From NCBI GenBank assembly GCA_964486865.1, contig CAZAOZ010000004.1, forward strand, positions 38,602 through 102,601: a DNA stretch of 64,000 bases, given 5' to 3'. Shown one piece after another: positions 1 through 10,170 of this stretch (positions are counted from its first letter, which is position 1; the number at the start of each line of letters is the position of its first letter). The DNA comes from an uncultured Bordetella sp. GTDB lineage: Bacteria > Pseudomonadota > Gammaproteobacteria > Burkholderiales > SG8-41. The position numbers and the translations under genes were made by a program. Below the pieces are notes generated by a model. That model was not told where the DNA came from. It did no database searches and saw only the letters and a list, made by a program, of their open reading frames with translations.

Positions 1-933
1 GCCGCCGAAGGCCGAAACCAGCATCAGCAGCGTCGATTTGGGCAGATGAAAATTGGTGATCAGGCGGTCAACGATGCGGAAGCGGTACCCCGGCATCACG
101 AACAGGCTGGTTTCGCCCGCGCCGGCAACGATGTCCCCGGCAGCAGCGGCGGATTCCAGCGCGCGCAGGCTGGTGGTGCCGACGGCAACGATGCGCCCGC
201 CGGCAGCGCGGGTGGCGCGCAAGGCATCCACCGTCGCCTGCGGCAGGCTGTACCACTCGCTGTGCATGCGGTGCCCGGCGAGATTCTGCACGCGTACCGG
301 CTGGAAGGTGCCGGCGCCGACATGCAAGGTCAGCATCGCGACAGTGATGCCGCGCGCGCGCAAAGCGTCCAGCAGCGCAGCGTCGAAATGCAGGCCCGCG
401 GTCGGCGCGGCAACCGCACCGGGTGTGGCCGCGTACACCGTCTGGTAGCGGACTTCGTCGCCGGCATCCGGTGCGTGGGTGATGTACGGCGGCAGCGGCA
501 GCGCGCCATGGCGTTCGAGCAGGTCGAATACGCCGGCATTGCCGGAAAAGCGCAACTCATAAAGATCATCATGACGCCCGATGACGGTTGCCTCCACGCC
601 ATCGCCGAGAAGCAGCACGCTGCCCGGATGCGGGGCGTGGCTCGCCCGCACCTGCGCATAGGCATGATCGCCGGCAAGCACGCGTTCGATCAGCACTTCG
701 ATCCTGCCGCCGGACGCCTTGCGTCCGGTCAGGCGCGCCTTGATGACCCGCGTGTCGTTGAGCACCAGCAGGTCGCCCGGATGCAGCAGATCGAGGATAT
801 CCGTGAAACGGTGATCGTCCAGCCGCCCGGTGGCGCCGTCGAGATGCAGCAGCCGGCTGGCGCTGCGCGCGGTTGCAGGCGCCTGCGCAATCAGTTCTGG
901 CGGCAAGATGTAATCGAAATCGGAAAGACGCAT
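1..933 (-). CDS. queA: S-adenosylmethionine:tRNA ribosyltransferase-isomerase QueA (C-terminus runs off the left edge)
   Basis: My own minus-strand translation from ATG 933-931 gives [33 protein letters not shown]...[14 protein letters not shown]...[20 protein letters not shown], the conserved QueA pattern. It is absent from the ORF track because no stop lies in the window. Plus-strand ORF 46..1056 is its GC-driven shadow. Confidence 0.9.
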   Translation of the reverse strand, partial: MRLSDFDYILPPELIAQAPATARSASRLLHLDGATGRLDDHRFTDILDLLHPGDLLVLNDTRVIKARLTGRKASGGRIEVLIERVLAGDHAYAQVRASHAPHPGSVLLLGDGVEATVIGRHDDLYELRFSGNAGVFDLLERHGALPLPPYITHAPDAGDEVRYQTVYAATPGAVAAPTAGLHFDAALLDALRARGITVAMLTLHVGAGTFQPVRVQNLAGHRMHSEWYSLPQATVDALRATRAAGGRIVAVGTTSLRALESAAAAGDIVAGAGETSLFVMPGYRFRIVDRLITNFHLPKSTLLMLVSAFGG

Positions 934-1170
934 GGTCGGGGTATCAGTGCCGGTCGGCAGGCCCCGGGAGGCCCCAAAGGCGCGCGATTATCACCCGCCC
1001 CCTCCGGGGCGGCAAGGTATCGCGAATGCCGTGCACCCTGCGGGGGCTCCCGTTGATCCAGGTCAAGCCGCAACCGGGCGGGTCGGAGAGAATCAAAGCA
1101 CCGGCACAGGTCGGGAGTGTATTTGCAGATACCGCCGCCGAGTCGCCGATCAGACGCGCAGGTTTGTCAT

Positions 1171-2940
1171 ATGGATACACCTCACATCACACCGACCGGC
1201 GGAACAGAAGGCGCGGACATCGGCGCGGCCTTTTCATTGCCTGTCGAGCGGCTCAAGGAATTCCAGAAAAGCCTGGAAACCCAGGTGGATCCCTTCGGCA
1301 TGGTCGCTCCGCTGGCTCACGCGAATTCTGCATGGTGGCTGCATCCGGTCGAGCTTGCGGAACTGTGGACACGCAGCGCAACCGACCTGGCAGTGCTGCA
1401 GCTGCACAGCATGGCGCGGCTTGCAGGACACAACGGCTCCGACGTGGTGCATCCGCAGAGCGGCGACCAGCGGTTTGACGATCCGGTCTGGACGCGCGAG
1501 CCGGGCTGGAGCCTGCTCAAGCAGTGGTACCTGTTCTACACGCGGCACCTGCAGGACGCGCTGTTCCAGACGCCGGGGCTTTCATACCGCGAGCGCCGGC
1601 GGGCCGCGTTCTGGTGGCGGCAGTTGCTCAACGCCATGGCGCCGACCAATTTCCTGCCCACCAACCCGGTCGCACAGCGCAAAGCGCTGGAGTCGAACGG
1701 CGAAAGCCTCAGCCGGGGTTTCCAGCTGTTCCTCGAGGACATGGCCGCGGGAACCGTGCGCATGACCGATCCTGCCGACTTTCAGCTGGGCAAAAATCTC
1801 GCCACCACGCCCGGCGCCGTGGTCTTCCGCAACAGGCTGCTGGAACTGATCCATTACGCGCCGACCGCCGATCGCGTGCGCCCGGTGCCGATCATCATCG
1901 TCACGCCCTGGATCAACAAGTTTTATGTGCTGGATCTCACGCCGAAGAAAAGCATGGTGCGCTTCCTGCTCGACCAGGGCTTTGACGTCTATATCACCAG
2001 TTGGAAGAACCCCGGCGCCGACGCTGCCGATATCACCTTCGATGACTACCTGACGCAGGGAATCGACGAAGCCGTGCGGGTCGCGCGCGCTCTCTCCGGC
2101 TCCGCAAAAGTGCATGCGGCCGGCTACTGCATCGGCGGCACGCTGCTGGCGACATACATGGCCTGGCTCGCACGACGCAGCGCTGATCCGCACGACATCC
2201 CGGTCGCCCACTGGTCGCTGTTCGCGGCGCTCACCGATTTCAATTCTCCCGGCGACATCGAAGTATTCATCGACGAGGGCAGCGTGCGCTGGCTCAGCAA
2301 CATGATGCGCACCCGCGGATTTCTCGATGGCGGTGAAATGGCCATGACCTTCCGCATGCTGCGCGCGAACCCGCTGATCTGGCATTACGTTGTGAACGGC
2401 TGGCTCTACGGCGAGAAGCCGGCGCCGCACGACGTGCTGTACTGGAACATGGACACGACCCGCATGCCGTCCCGCATGCACGAGTTATACCTGCGCGAGA
2501 TGTATCTGCGCAACGCCCTCGTGAAGCCCGACGCCCTCACCATCGCCGGCGAGCCCATCGACCTAGCCCGCGTCCATACACCGCTCTACCAGGTCGCAGC
2601 CGAGGACGACCATATCGCACCGTGGCGCCAGACCTTCCGCATCAACAGCTACGTCACCGGACACAAGCGCTTCGTGCTGACGAGTTCCGGACACATCCTC
2701 GGCATCGTCAATCCACCGGCGAGTTCGTCGAAACGCAGCTATCGCGCCGGCCCCGCGCACCGCGGGGAAGCCGCAGACACCTGGCATGCGGACGCGCAGC
2801 CGCATGCAGGCAGCTGGTGGCAGGACTGGAGCGCATGGCTCGCCGGGTACTGTGGCGAGGCCGGTTCTCCCCCGCCGCTGGTCACCGCCGAATTCCCGAA
2901 ACTCGCGGACGCCCCCGGCACGTACGTCCTCGAACGCTGA
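1171..2940 (+). CDS. phaC: class I poly(R)-hydroxyalkanoate synthase PhaC
   Basis: About 589 aa with the lipase-box variant GYCIGG, plus PWINKFYVLDL and WNMDTTRMP motifs typical of PhaC. ATG at 1171 preferred over the GTG at 1117 given in the track. Confidence 0.92.
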   Translation: MDTPHITPTGGTEGADIGAAFSLPVERLKEFQKSLETQVDPFGMVAPLAHANSAWWLHPVELAELWTRSATDLAVLQLHSMARLAGHNGSDVVHPQSGDQRFDDPVWTREPGWSLLKQWYLFYTRHLQDALFQTPGLSYRERRRAAFWWRQLLNAMAPTNFLPTNPVAQRKALESNGESLSRGFQLFLEDMAAGTVRMTDPADFQLGKNLATTPGAVVFRNRLLELIHYAPTADRVRPVPIIIVTPWINKFYVLDLTPKKSMVRFLLDQGFDVYITSWKNPGADAADITFDDYLTQGIDEAVRVARALSGSAKVHAAGYCIGGTLLATYMAWLARRSADPHDIPVAHWSLFAALTDFNSPGDIEVFIDEGSVRWLSNMMRTRGFLDGGEMAMTFRMLRANPLIWHYVVNGWLYGEKPAPHDVLYWNMDTTRMPSRMHELYLREMYLRNALVKPDALTIAGEPIDLARVHTPLYQVAAEDDHIAPWRQTFRINSYVTGHKRFVLTSSGHILGIVNPPASSSKRSYRAGPAHRGEAADTWHADAQPHAGSWWQDWSAWLAGYCGEAGSPPPLVTAEFPKLADAPGTYVLER

Positions 2941-2976
2941 GGGCGCCTGACGGAATGAAACGCGCGCCCTTCCCGG

Positions 2977-3495
2977 TCAGCTGTGGCCGGCAGAGGCTCC
3001 GCGCCGGTCGCCGGCCGGAATTGCCTTGGACCACGCCGCGATGAACGCTTCGTTCGCGCGGCGCGTCGCTTCCAGCGAGGACTCGAAAACCGACGCCAAC
3101 GGTGCCGCGCCCGCGGCACTCTTGCCGCCCGTGGCGGGCATGGCGGCGAGCGCACCGGAGCATTCGTCCTGAACGAGCTTGTTCAGTTCGGACTGCGTCT
3201 GCTGGGTCAACGCCGCCATCTTGGTCCAGTAGCCCATTACGCTCTGCGCATGGGCGTTGATCAGGCGGGTCTGCAGTTCAACGAGATCCTGCATCGAGCG
3301 GGCTTTGCCGATCTCCCCGGCAATCTCACGATTCCGGGTTTCGGTTTCGCGCGCGGCGGCAAGCTGCATTTCCCGCATGCGCTCCGATCCGGCTACCAAG
3401 GTATCCACCACGGCAAGACCGGCCTTGAATTGAAGCTTGCAGGCATCGAAAACGCCTGCGCTGGGGTCTTCGGTCACTTTCTTCGGTCCGTTCAT
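2977..3495 (-). CDS. phasin family protein (PHA granule-associated)
   Basis: Alanine- and glutamine-rich helical protein (KLQFKAGLAVVDTLVAGSERMREMQLAAARE...) lying convergent to phaC, just past its 3' end. The internal ATG at 3495 is preceded by GAAAGGAG. The longer 208-aa form lacks an RBS. Confidence 0.78.
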   Translation of the reverse strand: MNGPKKVTEDPSAGVFDACKLQFKAGLAVVDTLVAGSERMREMQLAAARETETRNREIAGEIGKARSMQDLVELQTRLINAHAQSVMGYWTKMAALTQQTQSELNKLVQDECSGALAAMPATGGKSAAGAAPLASVFESSLEATRRANEAFIAAWSKAIPAGDRRGASAGHS

Positions 3496-3753
3496 GATCG
3501 CTCCTTTCAGGCTGTCATCAACAGGGGCACTTTCGCAAGCTACCCCCCCACCTGCTACAACCAGCTTATTCCGGCCAATCCTGTATTCATTGACACAGGT
3601 CAAGCCGGACTATGGACGGCAGCCTGCGTTGCACAGGCCTCCCGGCAATCCGGTGCCGCGTCCCGGCGCAATACCGCACTGAATATTTGAAACAAATCAA
3701 TCTGTTCGCGTTGCCGCACACCATCAAATTGCGGGATAATTCGCGCCTCCCGT

Positions 3754-3840
3754 GCCGGGATGGCGGAATTGGTAGACGCACGGGACTCAAAATCCCGCGC
3801 TGGCAACAGCGTGCCGGTTCGATTCCGGCTCCCGGCACCA
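3754..3840 (+). tRNA. tRNA-Leu (anticodon CAA)
   Basis: Hand-folded cloverleaf. Acceptor GCCGGGA/TCCCGGC, anticodon stem CGGGA/TCCCG with loop CTCAAAA, long variable arm CGCTGGCAACAGCG, T-arm GCCGG-TTCGATT-CCGGC, encoded CCA. Confidence 0.9.
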
Positions 3841-3883
3841 GCGGACAACAGCACCGCCACCAACCGCCTGCGCGGGGTATCCC

Positions 3884-4426
3884 ATGGGCACAAGCACCGC
3901 TCCAGCACACCGCATCGAAGTGCGCCTCCAGGAGTTGTCGCAGTTGTTCAACTCGATGGATCCCACGCCCTTTCACCACAAGGATCTGGATCCGGACGCC
4001 GAGGAATTCATCACCAGCTGGGCACTGGAACATCCGCGCGACGCGGAGTTTGAAATCCTGATCCATCTCGCCGGCGGCAATCCGCCGGCTGACGCCGAGG
4101 CGATGGTGCGCGAGGCGCTGGGCAACTACTTCACGTATCGCGCCGAGCATGCGCGGCGCGAATTCCGCCACCTGATGCAGCGCGGCTGGCGCAGCCTGGT
4201 CATCGGTCTGGGATTCCTGGCGACCTGCCTGCTGGTCGCCGAACAGATCGGCCAGGCCTCGACCGGAACGTCCATGAACATCCTGCGCGAGAGCGTGATC
4301 ATCGGCGGCTGGGTCGCCATGTGGCGGCCGCTGGAAATCTTCCTCTATGACTGGTGGCCGCTGACCAACCGGCGGCGCATGTACGAAAAACTGGCCCGTG
4401 CCGCGGTCCGCGTCACTTCCAGTTAG
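3884..4426 (+). CDS. hypothetical membrane protein
   Basis: 180-aa ORF with flank-like codon bias. Soluble N-terminal half followed by two hydrophobic segments (LVIGLGFLATCLLVA, VIIGGWVAMW). No family recognised. Confidence 0.55.
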   Translation: MGTSTAPAHRIEVRLQELSQLFNSMDPTPFHHKDLDPDAEEFITSWALEHPRDAEFEILIHLAGGNPPADAEAMVREALGNYFTYRAEHARREFRHLMQRGWRSLVIGLGFLATCLLVAEQIGQASTGTSMNILRESVIIGGWVAMWRPLEIFLYDWWPLTNRRRMYEKLARAAVRVTSS

Positions 4427-4429
4427 GGA

Positions 4430-5260
4430 TCAGCGGTCAACCTCGACGTTGTCGATCAACCGCGTCTTGCCCAGCCGCGCCGCGGCGAGTACCACCAGTT
4501 CGCGCTCGCCGTTGAGCGGCGGCCGCAGATCGGACCGGCGGCGCACCGCGACGTAATCCGGTTTCCAGCCGTTGTCGGCCAGCATCGACATGCCATGCAG
4601 TTCGAGCCGCTGGTAGTCGTGGGTGCCCGCGGCAAGCTCATCGCGCACTTCCCGCAGGGCCCTGTAGAGCCGCGGCGCTTCGCGCCGCTCGTCGGGTGAC
4701 AGATAACTGTTGCGCGAGGACAGCGCCAGGCCGTCGGGCGCGCGCACCGTTTCCGCGGGAATGATTTCGATCGGCAGCGCGAACTGATGCACCATGTCGC
4801 GCAGCACCAGATACTGCTGATAGTCTTTTTTGCCGAAAATCGCCGAGTGTGGCATCACCAGATTGAACAGCTTCAGCACCACGGTCGCGACGCCGCGAAA
4901 ATGCCCCGGCCGGTGCGCGCCTTCGAGTATGTTCTGCAGATCGGAAGGCTCGACGACAAAGGTTTGCGGCTCCGGGTAGATCGCCTTCTCGTCGGGCACG
5001 AACACCACATCGACGCCGGCGGCGCGCAGCTTGTCGCAATCCGCCTGCAGCGTGCGCGGATAGCGGTCGAAATCATCGCGCGGGCCGAACTGCAGCCGGT
5101 TGACGAAAATGCTGACCACGGTACATGCCGCGCGCGGCTTGGCGATGCGCATCAGCTCGATGTGGCCTGCGTGCAGATTGCCCATGGTCGGCACGAACAC
5201 GTTGTTCGGTTCGCGGCGCAGGCGCTCGCGCAGTTCGGGTACGGAGTGAATGACGTCCAT
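4430..5260 (-). CDS. panC: pantoate--beta-alanine ligase
   Basis: VPTMGNLHAGHIELMR HIGH-type motif and full-length PanC-like sequence, immediately downstream of panB. Confidence 0.95.
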   Translation of the reverse strand: MDVIHSVPELRERLRREPNNVFVPTMGNLHAGHIELMRIAKPRAACTVVSIFVNRLQFGPRDDFDRYPRTLQADCDKLRAAGVDVVFVPDEKAIYPEPQTFVVEPSDLQNILEGAHRPGHFRGVATVVLKLFNLVMPHSAIFGKKDYQQYLVLRDMVHQFALPIEIIPAETVRAPDGLALSSRNSYLSPDERREAPRLYRALREVRDELAAGTHDYQRLELHGMSMLADNGWKPDYVAVRRRSDLRPPLNGERELVVLAAARLGKTRLIDNVEVDR

Positions 5261-5270
5261 GAAAAATTCA

Positions 5271-5325
5271 GCGATGAGTTAGGAGTGATGAGTGATGAGC
5301 GAAAACACCGCGTGATGCGCGAATG
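5271..5325. repeat. REP family 1 half-element (GTGATGA heptads)
   Basis: gcgatgagttaggagtgatgagtgatgagcg...gtgatgcg in the panB-panC spacer, with the same heptad as at 22143, 45013 and 63017. Confidence 0.6.
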
Positions 5326-5336
5326 TGGAGTGCGCC

Positions 5337-6131
5337 CTAAAAAGAATGTTCGCGGCCGGGGAATTTTCCTTCGCGCACTTCCCTGACATAGAGCGCGACG
5401 GCATCCTGAATCGAACCGGCGGCGGCCTTCATGTAGTTCTTGACGAACTTGGCTTTCTTGCCCGGATACACGTCGAGCATGTCGTGCAGCACCAGCACCT
5501 GGCCGTGGCAGTCCACGCCGGCGCCGATGCCGATGGTGGGTACTTTTGCCGCCGCGGTCACCTGGCTCGCCAGTGCCGCCGGGATGGCCTCCAGCACGAT
5601 CATGCCGGCGCCCGCCTCTTCGAGTATCCGCGCATCGTCGAGCAGTCGCTGCGCGTCGTCTTCCGCCTTGCCCTGCACCCGGTAACCGCCCAACTGATGC
5701 ACCGACTGCGGCGTCAGACCGAGATGGCCGCACACCGGTATGCCGCGCTCGGTGAGAAAAGCGATGGTGTCGAGCATCGGCCGGCCGCCTTCGATTTTCA
5801 CCATCTGCGCGCCTGCCGCCATGATTTCGGCGGCATTGCGGAAGGCATCCTGCGGACTGACCTGGAAGGTGCCGAACGGCATGTCGCCGATGATGAAAGC
5901 GCGCTTGGCGCCGCGCGCCACGCAGGCCGTGTGGTACACCATGTCGCGCAGCGTCACCGGCAGCGTCGATTCGTGCCCCTGCAGCACGTTGCCCAGCGAG
6001 TCGCCGACCAGCAGCGTGTCGAGGCCCGCCGCGTCGAGCAGCGCCGCAAAGCTGGCGTCGTAGCAGGTGAGCATGGCGATTTTCTCGCCATCCCGCATCA
6101 TCTTGTGCAGCGTGCTCAGCGTCGTACGCAT
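5337..6131 (-). CDS. panB: 3-methyl-2-oxobutanoate hydroxymethyltransferase
   Basis: [29 protein letters not shown]... matches PanB throughout. ATG at 6131 preferred over the TTG at 6146 in the track. Confidence 0.94.
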   Translation of the reverse strand: MRTTLSTLHKMMRDGEKIAMLTCYDASFAALLDAAGLDTLLVGDSLGNVLQGHESTLPVTLRDMVYHTACVARGAKRAFIIGDMPFGTFQVSPQDAFRNAAEIMAAGAQMVKIEGGRPMLDTIAFLTERGIPVCGHLGLTPQSVHQLGGYRVQGKAEDDAQRLLDDARILEEAGAGMIVLEAIPAALASQVTAAAKVPTIGIGAGVDCHGQVLVLHDMLDVYPGKKAKFVKNYMKAAAGSIQDAVALYVREVREGKFPGREHSF

Positions 6132-6142
6132 GGGGTTATCCC

Positions 6143-6808
6143 TCAACTTCCCAGACTGAAAAACTCGCGCGGACCGCGCATGGCATTGACCCGCTGCAAC
6201 AATAAATCAAAATCCGCAGAAGAATCAACGAAGTTGAGATTTTCCGAATTGACGATCAGCAGCGGCGCCGCCTCGTATTGATGAAAAAACCGCGCATAAG
6301 CATCGGCCAGCCTCACCAGATAGTCGTCGGAAATGGACTTTTCATAGGCGGCTGCGCGCTGGCGCACGCGCCCGATCAGCGTCTCGGCGCCGGCCTGCAG
6401 GTAAATCACCAGGTCGGGCGGCGGCGCCTGGGGCTGGAGATGGCTGAAAATCTGCCGGTACAGCGCCAGTTCGTCGTCATTGAGCGTCAACTGCGCGAAC
6501 AGCGGGTCTTTTTCGATCATGAAGTCGGCCACCGTCACGCCGCCAAACAGGTCGGACTGCGCCAGATCGCGCACCTGGTTGATGCGCTGGAACAGAAAGA
6601 ACAACTGCGCCGGCAGCGCATGACGTGCAGGATCCCGGTAAAAGCCCGGCAAAAAGGGATTGGCGTCGGGATCTTCGAACAGGGTCGCCGCGCCGAGATG
6701 ACCGGCCAGCCGCCGCGCCAGCGTGGTCTTGCCCGAGCCGATGGGCCCCTCGACCACCACATAGCGGTATCTTGAGGCAAGCATCATCCCACTCGTCAAC
6801 ATGCTCAT
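6143..6808 (-). CDS. deoxynucleoside kinase family protein
   Basis: P-loop [18 protein letters not shown] plus dNK-like downstream motifs. ATGA overlap with the folK stop. Confidence 0.85.
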   Translation of the reverse strand: MSMLTSGMMLASRYRYVVVEGPIGSGKTTLARRLAGHLGAATLFEDPDANPFLPGFYRDPARHALPAQLFFLFQRINQVRDLAQSDLFGGVTVADFMIEKDPLFAQLTLNDDELALYRQIFSHLQPQAPPPDLVIYLQAGAETLIGRVRQRAAAYEKSISDDYLVRLADAYARFFHQYEAAPLLIVNSENLNFVDSSADFDLLLQRVNAMRGPREFFSLGS

Positions 6809-7314
6809 GCCGGCATGCGCTGCAATTGCGCGACGCCGGCGGCGTCCACCCGCGCAGCCAGTTCGCGCACCGTGCCGTGTTCCGGAATCCGCATCTCCGG
6901 CACCACCTCCGCCAGCGGCACCATGACAAAGGCGCGCTCAAGCATGCGCGCATGCGGGATCGTCAGTCCGTGCTCATGGACCACCACATCGCCATAGAGC
7001 ACGATATCGAGATCCAGCGTACGCGGCGCATTGGGAAAATCGCGAACCCGGCCGTGCGCCCGTTCGATGGCCAGCAGCGCAGCAAGCAATGCCTGCGGCG
7101 CCAGCGCCGTGTCGATGACGGCAACGGCATTGATGAAATCCGGCTGGTCGGCATAGCCCGCGGGCGCGCTGCGGTACAGCGATGAGCGCGCGACCAGGCG
7201 GGTATCCGGCAGCATCGCGAGCGCGGCAAACGCGGACTCGATCTGGCACAACGGCTCGCCGATATTGGCGCCCAGCGCAATGCAGGCGACGGTGCGCGGC
7301 GCAGCCATGCGCAT
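6805..7314 (-). CDS. folK: 2-amino-4-hydroxy-6-hydroxymethyldihydropteridine diphosphokinase
   Basis: ALGANIGEP...SSLYRSAPAGYADQPDFINAV...RTLDLDIVLYGD...LTIPHARMLERAFV are the HPPK signatures. Start taken at 7314, abutting the pcnB stop. Confidence 0.9.
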   Translation of the reverse strand: MRMAAPRTVACIALGANIGEPLCQIESAFAALAMLPDTRLVARSSLYRSAPAGYADQPDFINAVAVIDTALAPQALLAALLAIERAHGRVRDFPNAPRTLDLDIVLYGDVVVHEHGLTIPHARMLERAFVMVPLAEVVPEMRIPEHGTVRELAARVDAAGVAQLQRMPA

Positions 7315-8660
7315 CACTCCGCAGCAGATTCCGGAGATCCGCCGCCGGATTTGCGGCGACGGCGCTTGCGGCGTTTTTTCGCCGGCCCGCTGTCGGCCAC
7401 CAGCATGGCCGCACGAGCGTCGGCATCGGCATTCTGGAAACTCGTCCACCAGTCGCCCAGCGTCACCGGAACCTCGCCGCTCTCGCAGCGCAGCAGCAGA
7501 AAGTCGTAGGCGGCGCGGAAGCGCGGATGCTCAAGCAAGCGGAACGGACGCTGCCCGCCGCGCTGCTCGAAACGCGATTGCAGCGCCCACAGTTCCTTCA
7601 TGTCCGCCGTGTAGCGGCGCGGAATGGCGATCTGTTCGGTCTGCTTGTCGAGCACCTGCTCCATGGCTTCATACAGCGCCGGCACCGGCGGCACGCCGCG
7701 GGCTTCGGTTTTTTTCCACGCCGCCAGCACCTCATGCCAGGTCAGCGCGGCAAACAGGAATGCCGGCGACACCGTCTTGCCGGCGCGGATGCGCTCGTCG
7801 GTATTCTTCAGCGCCAGCATCACAAAGCGTTCGCCCAGCGGCTGTTCCAGGATCACGTCGAGCAGCGGCAGCACGCCGTGATGCAGCCCCTCCTTGCGCA
7901 GGCGCTTGACGCACTCCGCGGCATGTCCGGACAGCAGCAGCTTGAGCATTTCGTCGAACAGCCGCGACGCCGGCACGTTGGCGAGCAGTTCTGCGAGCGC
8001 CTTGATCGGCTTGCGGGTGGCCGCATCGATCTCCAGGCCGCAGGCCGCGGCGAAACGCACCGCGCGCAGCATGCGCACCGGATCCTCGCGGTAACGCTGC
8101 GCGGGTTCACCGATCATGCGCAGGCGTTTGCGCTTCAGGTCGGCCACGCCGCCGTGGTAATCCCACACCTGCTGGCGGGCCGGATCGTAGAACAGCGCGT
8201 TGATGGTGAAATCGCGGCGTGTCGCATCCTGCGCCTGATCGCCCCACACGTTGTCGCGCAGCAGGCGACCGTGCTCATCCTCGACGCTGCCGGCATGGGC
8301 TTCAGCCGCGGGGCCGCGGAAGGTGGAAACCTCGACCATGTCGCGCCCGCACAGCACGTGCACGATACGGAAGCGGCGGCCGATCACCCGCGAGCGGCGG
8401 AAAATGCCGCGCACTTCCTCGGGCGTGGCATCGGTGGCGACGTCGAAATCCTTGGGGTCACGACCGAGAATCAGGTCGCGCACCGCGCCGCCGACGACAA
8501 ACGCGGCGTAACCCGCCTCCTGCAGCGCATCGCAGGTGCGCAGTGCGCAGCTGCCGATGCGGTCGCGGGTGATGCCGTGCTCGCCCACGGCGATGATCCG
8601 TGGCTTGGCCGATTTGAACATGCGGCCCGAAAATACGTGGCCGAGAAACTTGGTGATCAT
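7314..8660 (-). CDS. pcnB: poly(A) polymerase I
   Basis: GGAVRDLILGRDPKDFDVATDATPEE nucleotidyltransferase motif, arginine- and lysine-rich C-terminal tail, and the conserved pcnB-folK arrangement. Confidence 0.92.
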   Translation of the reverse strand: MITKFLGHVFSGRMFKSAKPRIIAVGEHGITRDRIGSCALRTCDALQEAGYAAFVVGGAVRDLILGRDPKDFDVATDATPEEVRGIFRRSRVIGRRFRIVHVLCGRDMVEVSTFRGPAAEAHAGSVEDEHGRLLRDNVWGDQAQDATRRDFTINALFYDPARQQVWDYHGGVADLKRKRLRMIGEPAQRYREDPVRMLRAVRFAAACGLEIDAATRKPIKALAELLANVPASRLFDEMLKLLLSGHAAECVKRLRKEGLHHGVLPLLDVILEQPLGERFVMLALKNTDERIRAGKTVSPAFLFAALTWHEVLAAWKKTEARGVPPVPALYEAMEQVLDKQTEQIAIPRRYTADMKELWALQSRFEQRGGQRPFRLLEHPRFRAAYDFLLLRCESGEVPVTLGDWWTSFQNADADARAAMLVADSGPAKKRRKRRRRKSGGGSPESAAE

Positions 8661-8794
8661 GCGGGATTCATACGGAATTGTCAGTCAGCGCCATGCAGGT
8701 AAACATCCGTGCGCTGCGGCGGGGGAAAACCGCGCGATTATACAGCGCACCCGCAGCCGCCCGTCGCGGCAAACGCGCCCTGACGGCGACCCGG

Positions 8795-9451
8795 TCAACC
8801 GAGACTCAACACCGGCCAGCCGCGCGCCACGGCATGCGCGCGCAGGGCCGCGTCCGGATCCACCGCCACCGGATGGGTCACCTGCTCCAGCAGCGGCAGG
8901 TCATTGTGGGAATCGCTGTAAAATGTTGATTTAATTAATGTTTTTATGCTTTCGCCATGCCCGGCCAGCCACGCTTCCAGGCGTTCGACCTTGCCCTCGC
9001 GAAAACAGGGAGTACCCAGCACGCCACCGGTGAACCCGCCATCGCGCACCTCGGGTTCGGTGGCGATCAGATGCTCGATGCCAAAAGCCCGCGCGATCGG
9101 CGCAGTGACAAAACTGTTGGTCGCGGTAATCACCACGCGCACTTCTTCCCGGTGGCGTTCGACCAGCGCACGCGCGGTATCGCGCATCATTGGTTGAATG
9201 CGTTCAATCATGAATTCGGCATGCCAGGCGTCAAGTACCGTGCGCGAATGGCGCGACAGCGGTTTTAACTGAAAATCGAGAAATTCGCGGATGTCGAGCG
9301 TGCCCGCTTTGTACTGATCGTAGAACGTCTGGTTGCGCGCCTCATAGACTTCGCGATCGAGCACCCCGCGGTCAATCAGGAACTGCGCCCACTCGAAGTC
9401 GCTGTCCCCGGAGAGCAGGGTGTTGTCGAGGTCAAACAGTGCCAGAATCAT
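8795..9451 (-). CDS. HAD-IB family hydrolase
   Basis: MILALFDLDNTLL (DxDxT motif I), ITATNSF and YSDSHNDLPLL motifs. Confidence 0.85.
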   Translation of the reverse strand: MILALFDLDNTLLSGDSDFEWAQFLIDRGVLDREVYEARNQTFYDQYKAGTLDIREFLDFQLKPLSRHSRTVLDAWHAEFMIERIQPMMRDTARALVERHREEVRVVITATNSFVTAPIARAFGIEHLIATEPEVRDGGFTGGVLGTPCFREGKVERLEAWLAGHGESIKTLIKSTFYSDSHNDLPLLEQVTHPVAVDPDAALRAHAVARGWPVLSLG

Positions 9452-9483
9452 CGTGTCGCGTCCGGTTATGGTGGTTGTGCAGG

Positions 9484-10155
9484 TTATTGCGCAGCCTGCA
9501 GCAGCTCGCGCGCCAGCGGCACGGTAATCGGCCGCTTCTGTTCCAGCGAGCGCCGGTCGAGCATGTCGATCAGCGCGCGCAGCGTGCGCAGATCGCGCGG
9601 CGCCCGCGCCAGCACGTAATCCAGCACTTCCGCCGGCAGCGTAAAGCCGCGCGCCGTAGCGTACTCGCGCATCGCCGCGCGACGCGCTTCTTCGCTCAGC
9701 GCATGCACCTCGTACACCAGGCCCGCAGCCAGCCGCGTCAGCAGATCCGCGCGCAGCGGCAGGCGCGCCGGCGGCATGTCGCCGGCCACCAGCAACGCCC
9801 CACCGCCATCTTTTAACTCATTGAATATATTAAATAATTCAATCTGCGCCGGCGGGGAAAAACACTGCACGTCATCGACACAGACCAGCGCGTCGGCAGC
9901 GATGCCGACCGGCACAGCGCCCGGCGCAATCGCGTGCGCCGACTGGCCCGCGTCGCGCGCGGCCTGCAGCACCGCGCGCAGCAAATGGGTGCGGCCGCTG
10001 CCGGCGCCGCCCCACAAATAAATGAAGCGCTCGCCGCCGACACCGAAACCACGCAACGCGGCGACCACTTCGGCATTGTCTCCGGCAATGAAATTGGCGA
10101 GCGTCGGCAGCGGCGCCGGCGCCAGTTCCAGCGCAAGCTGTCTCATGCCCTGCAT
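9484..10155 (-). CDS. hda: DnaA regulatory inactivator Hda
   Basis: About 220 aa with a degenerate Walker A (LWGGAGSGRTHLL) and a DnaA domain III-like sequence. Start could be 10155 or 10146. Confidence 0.82.
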   Translation of the reverse strand: MQGMRQLALELAPAPLPTLANFIAGDNAEVVAALRGFGVGGERFIYLWGGAGSGRTHLLRAVLQAARDAGQSAHAIAPGAVPVGIAADALVCVDDVQCFSPPAQIELFNIFNELKDGGGALLVAGDMPPARLPLRADLLTRLAAGLVYEVHALSEEARRAAMREYATARGFTLPAEVLDYVLARAPRDLRTLRALIDMLDRRSLEQKRPITVPLARELLQAAQ

Positions 10156-10170
10156 CTCATTCCCCGCATC

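Noticed and set aside
2977-3603. The 208-aa long form of the phasin ORF.
   Set aside because: The N-terminal 36 codons have no RBS and no similarity to phasins. The ATG at 3495 has a GAAAGGAG RBS and gives a typical phasin length.
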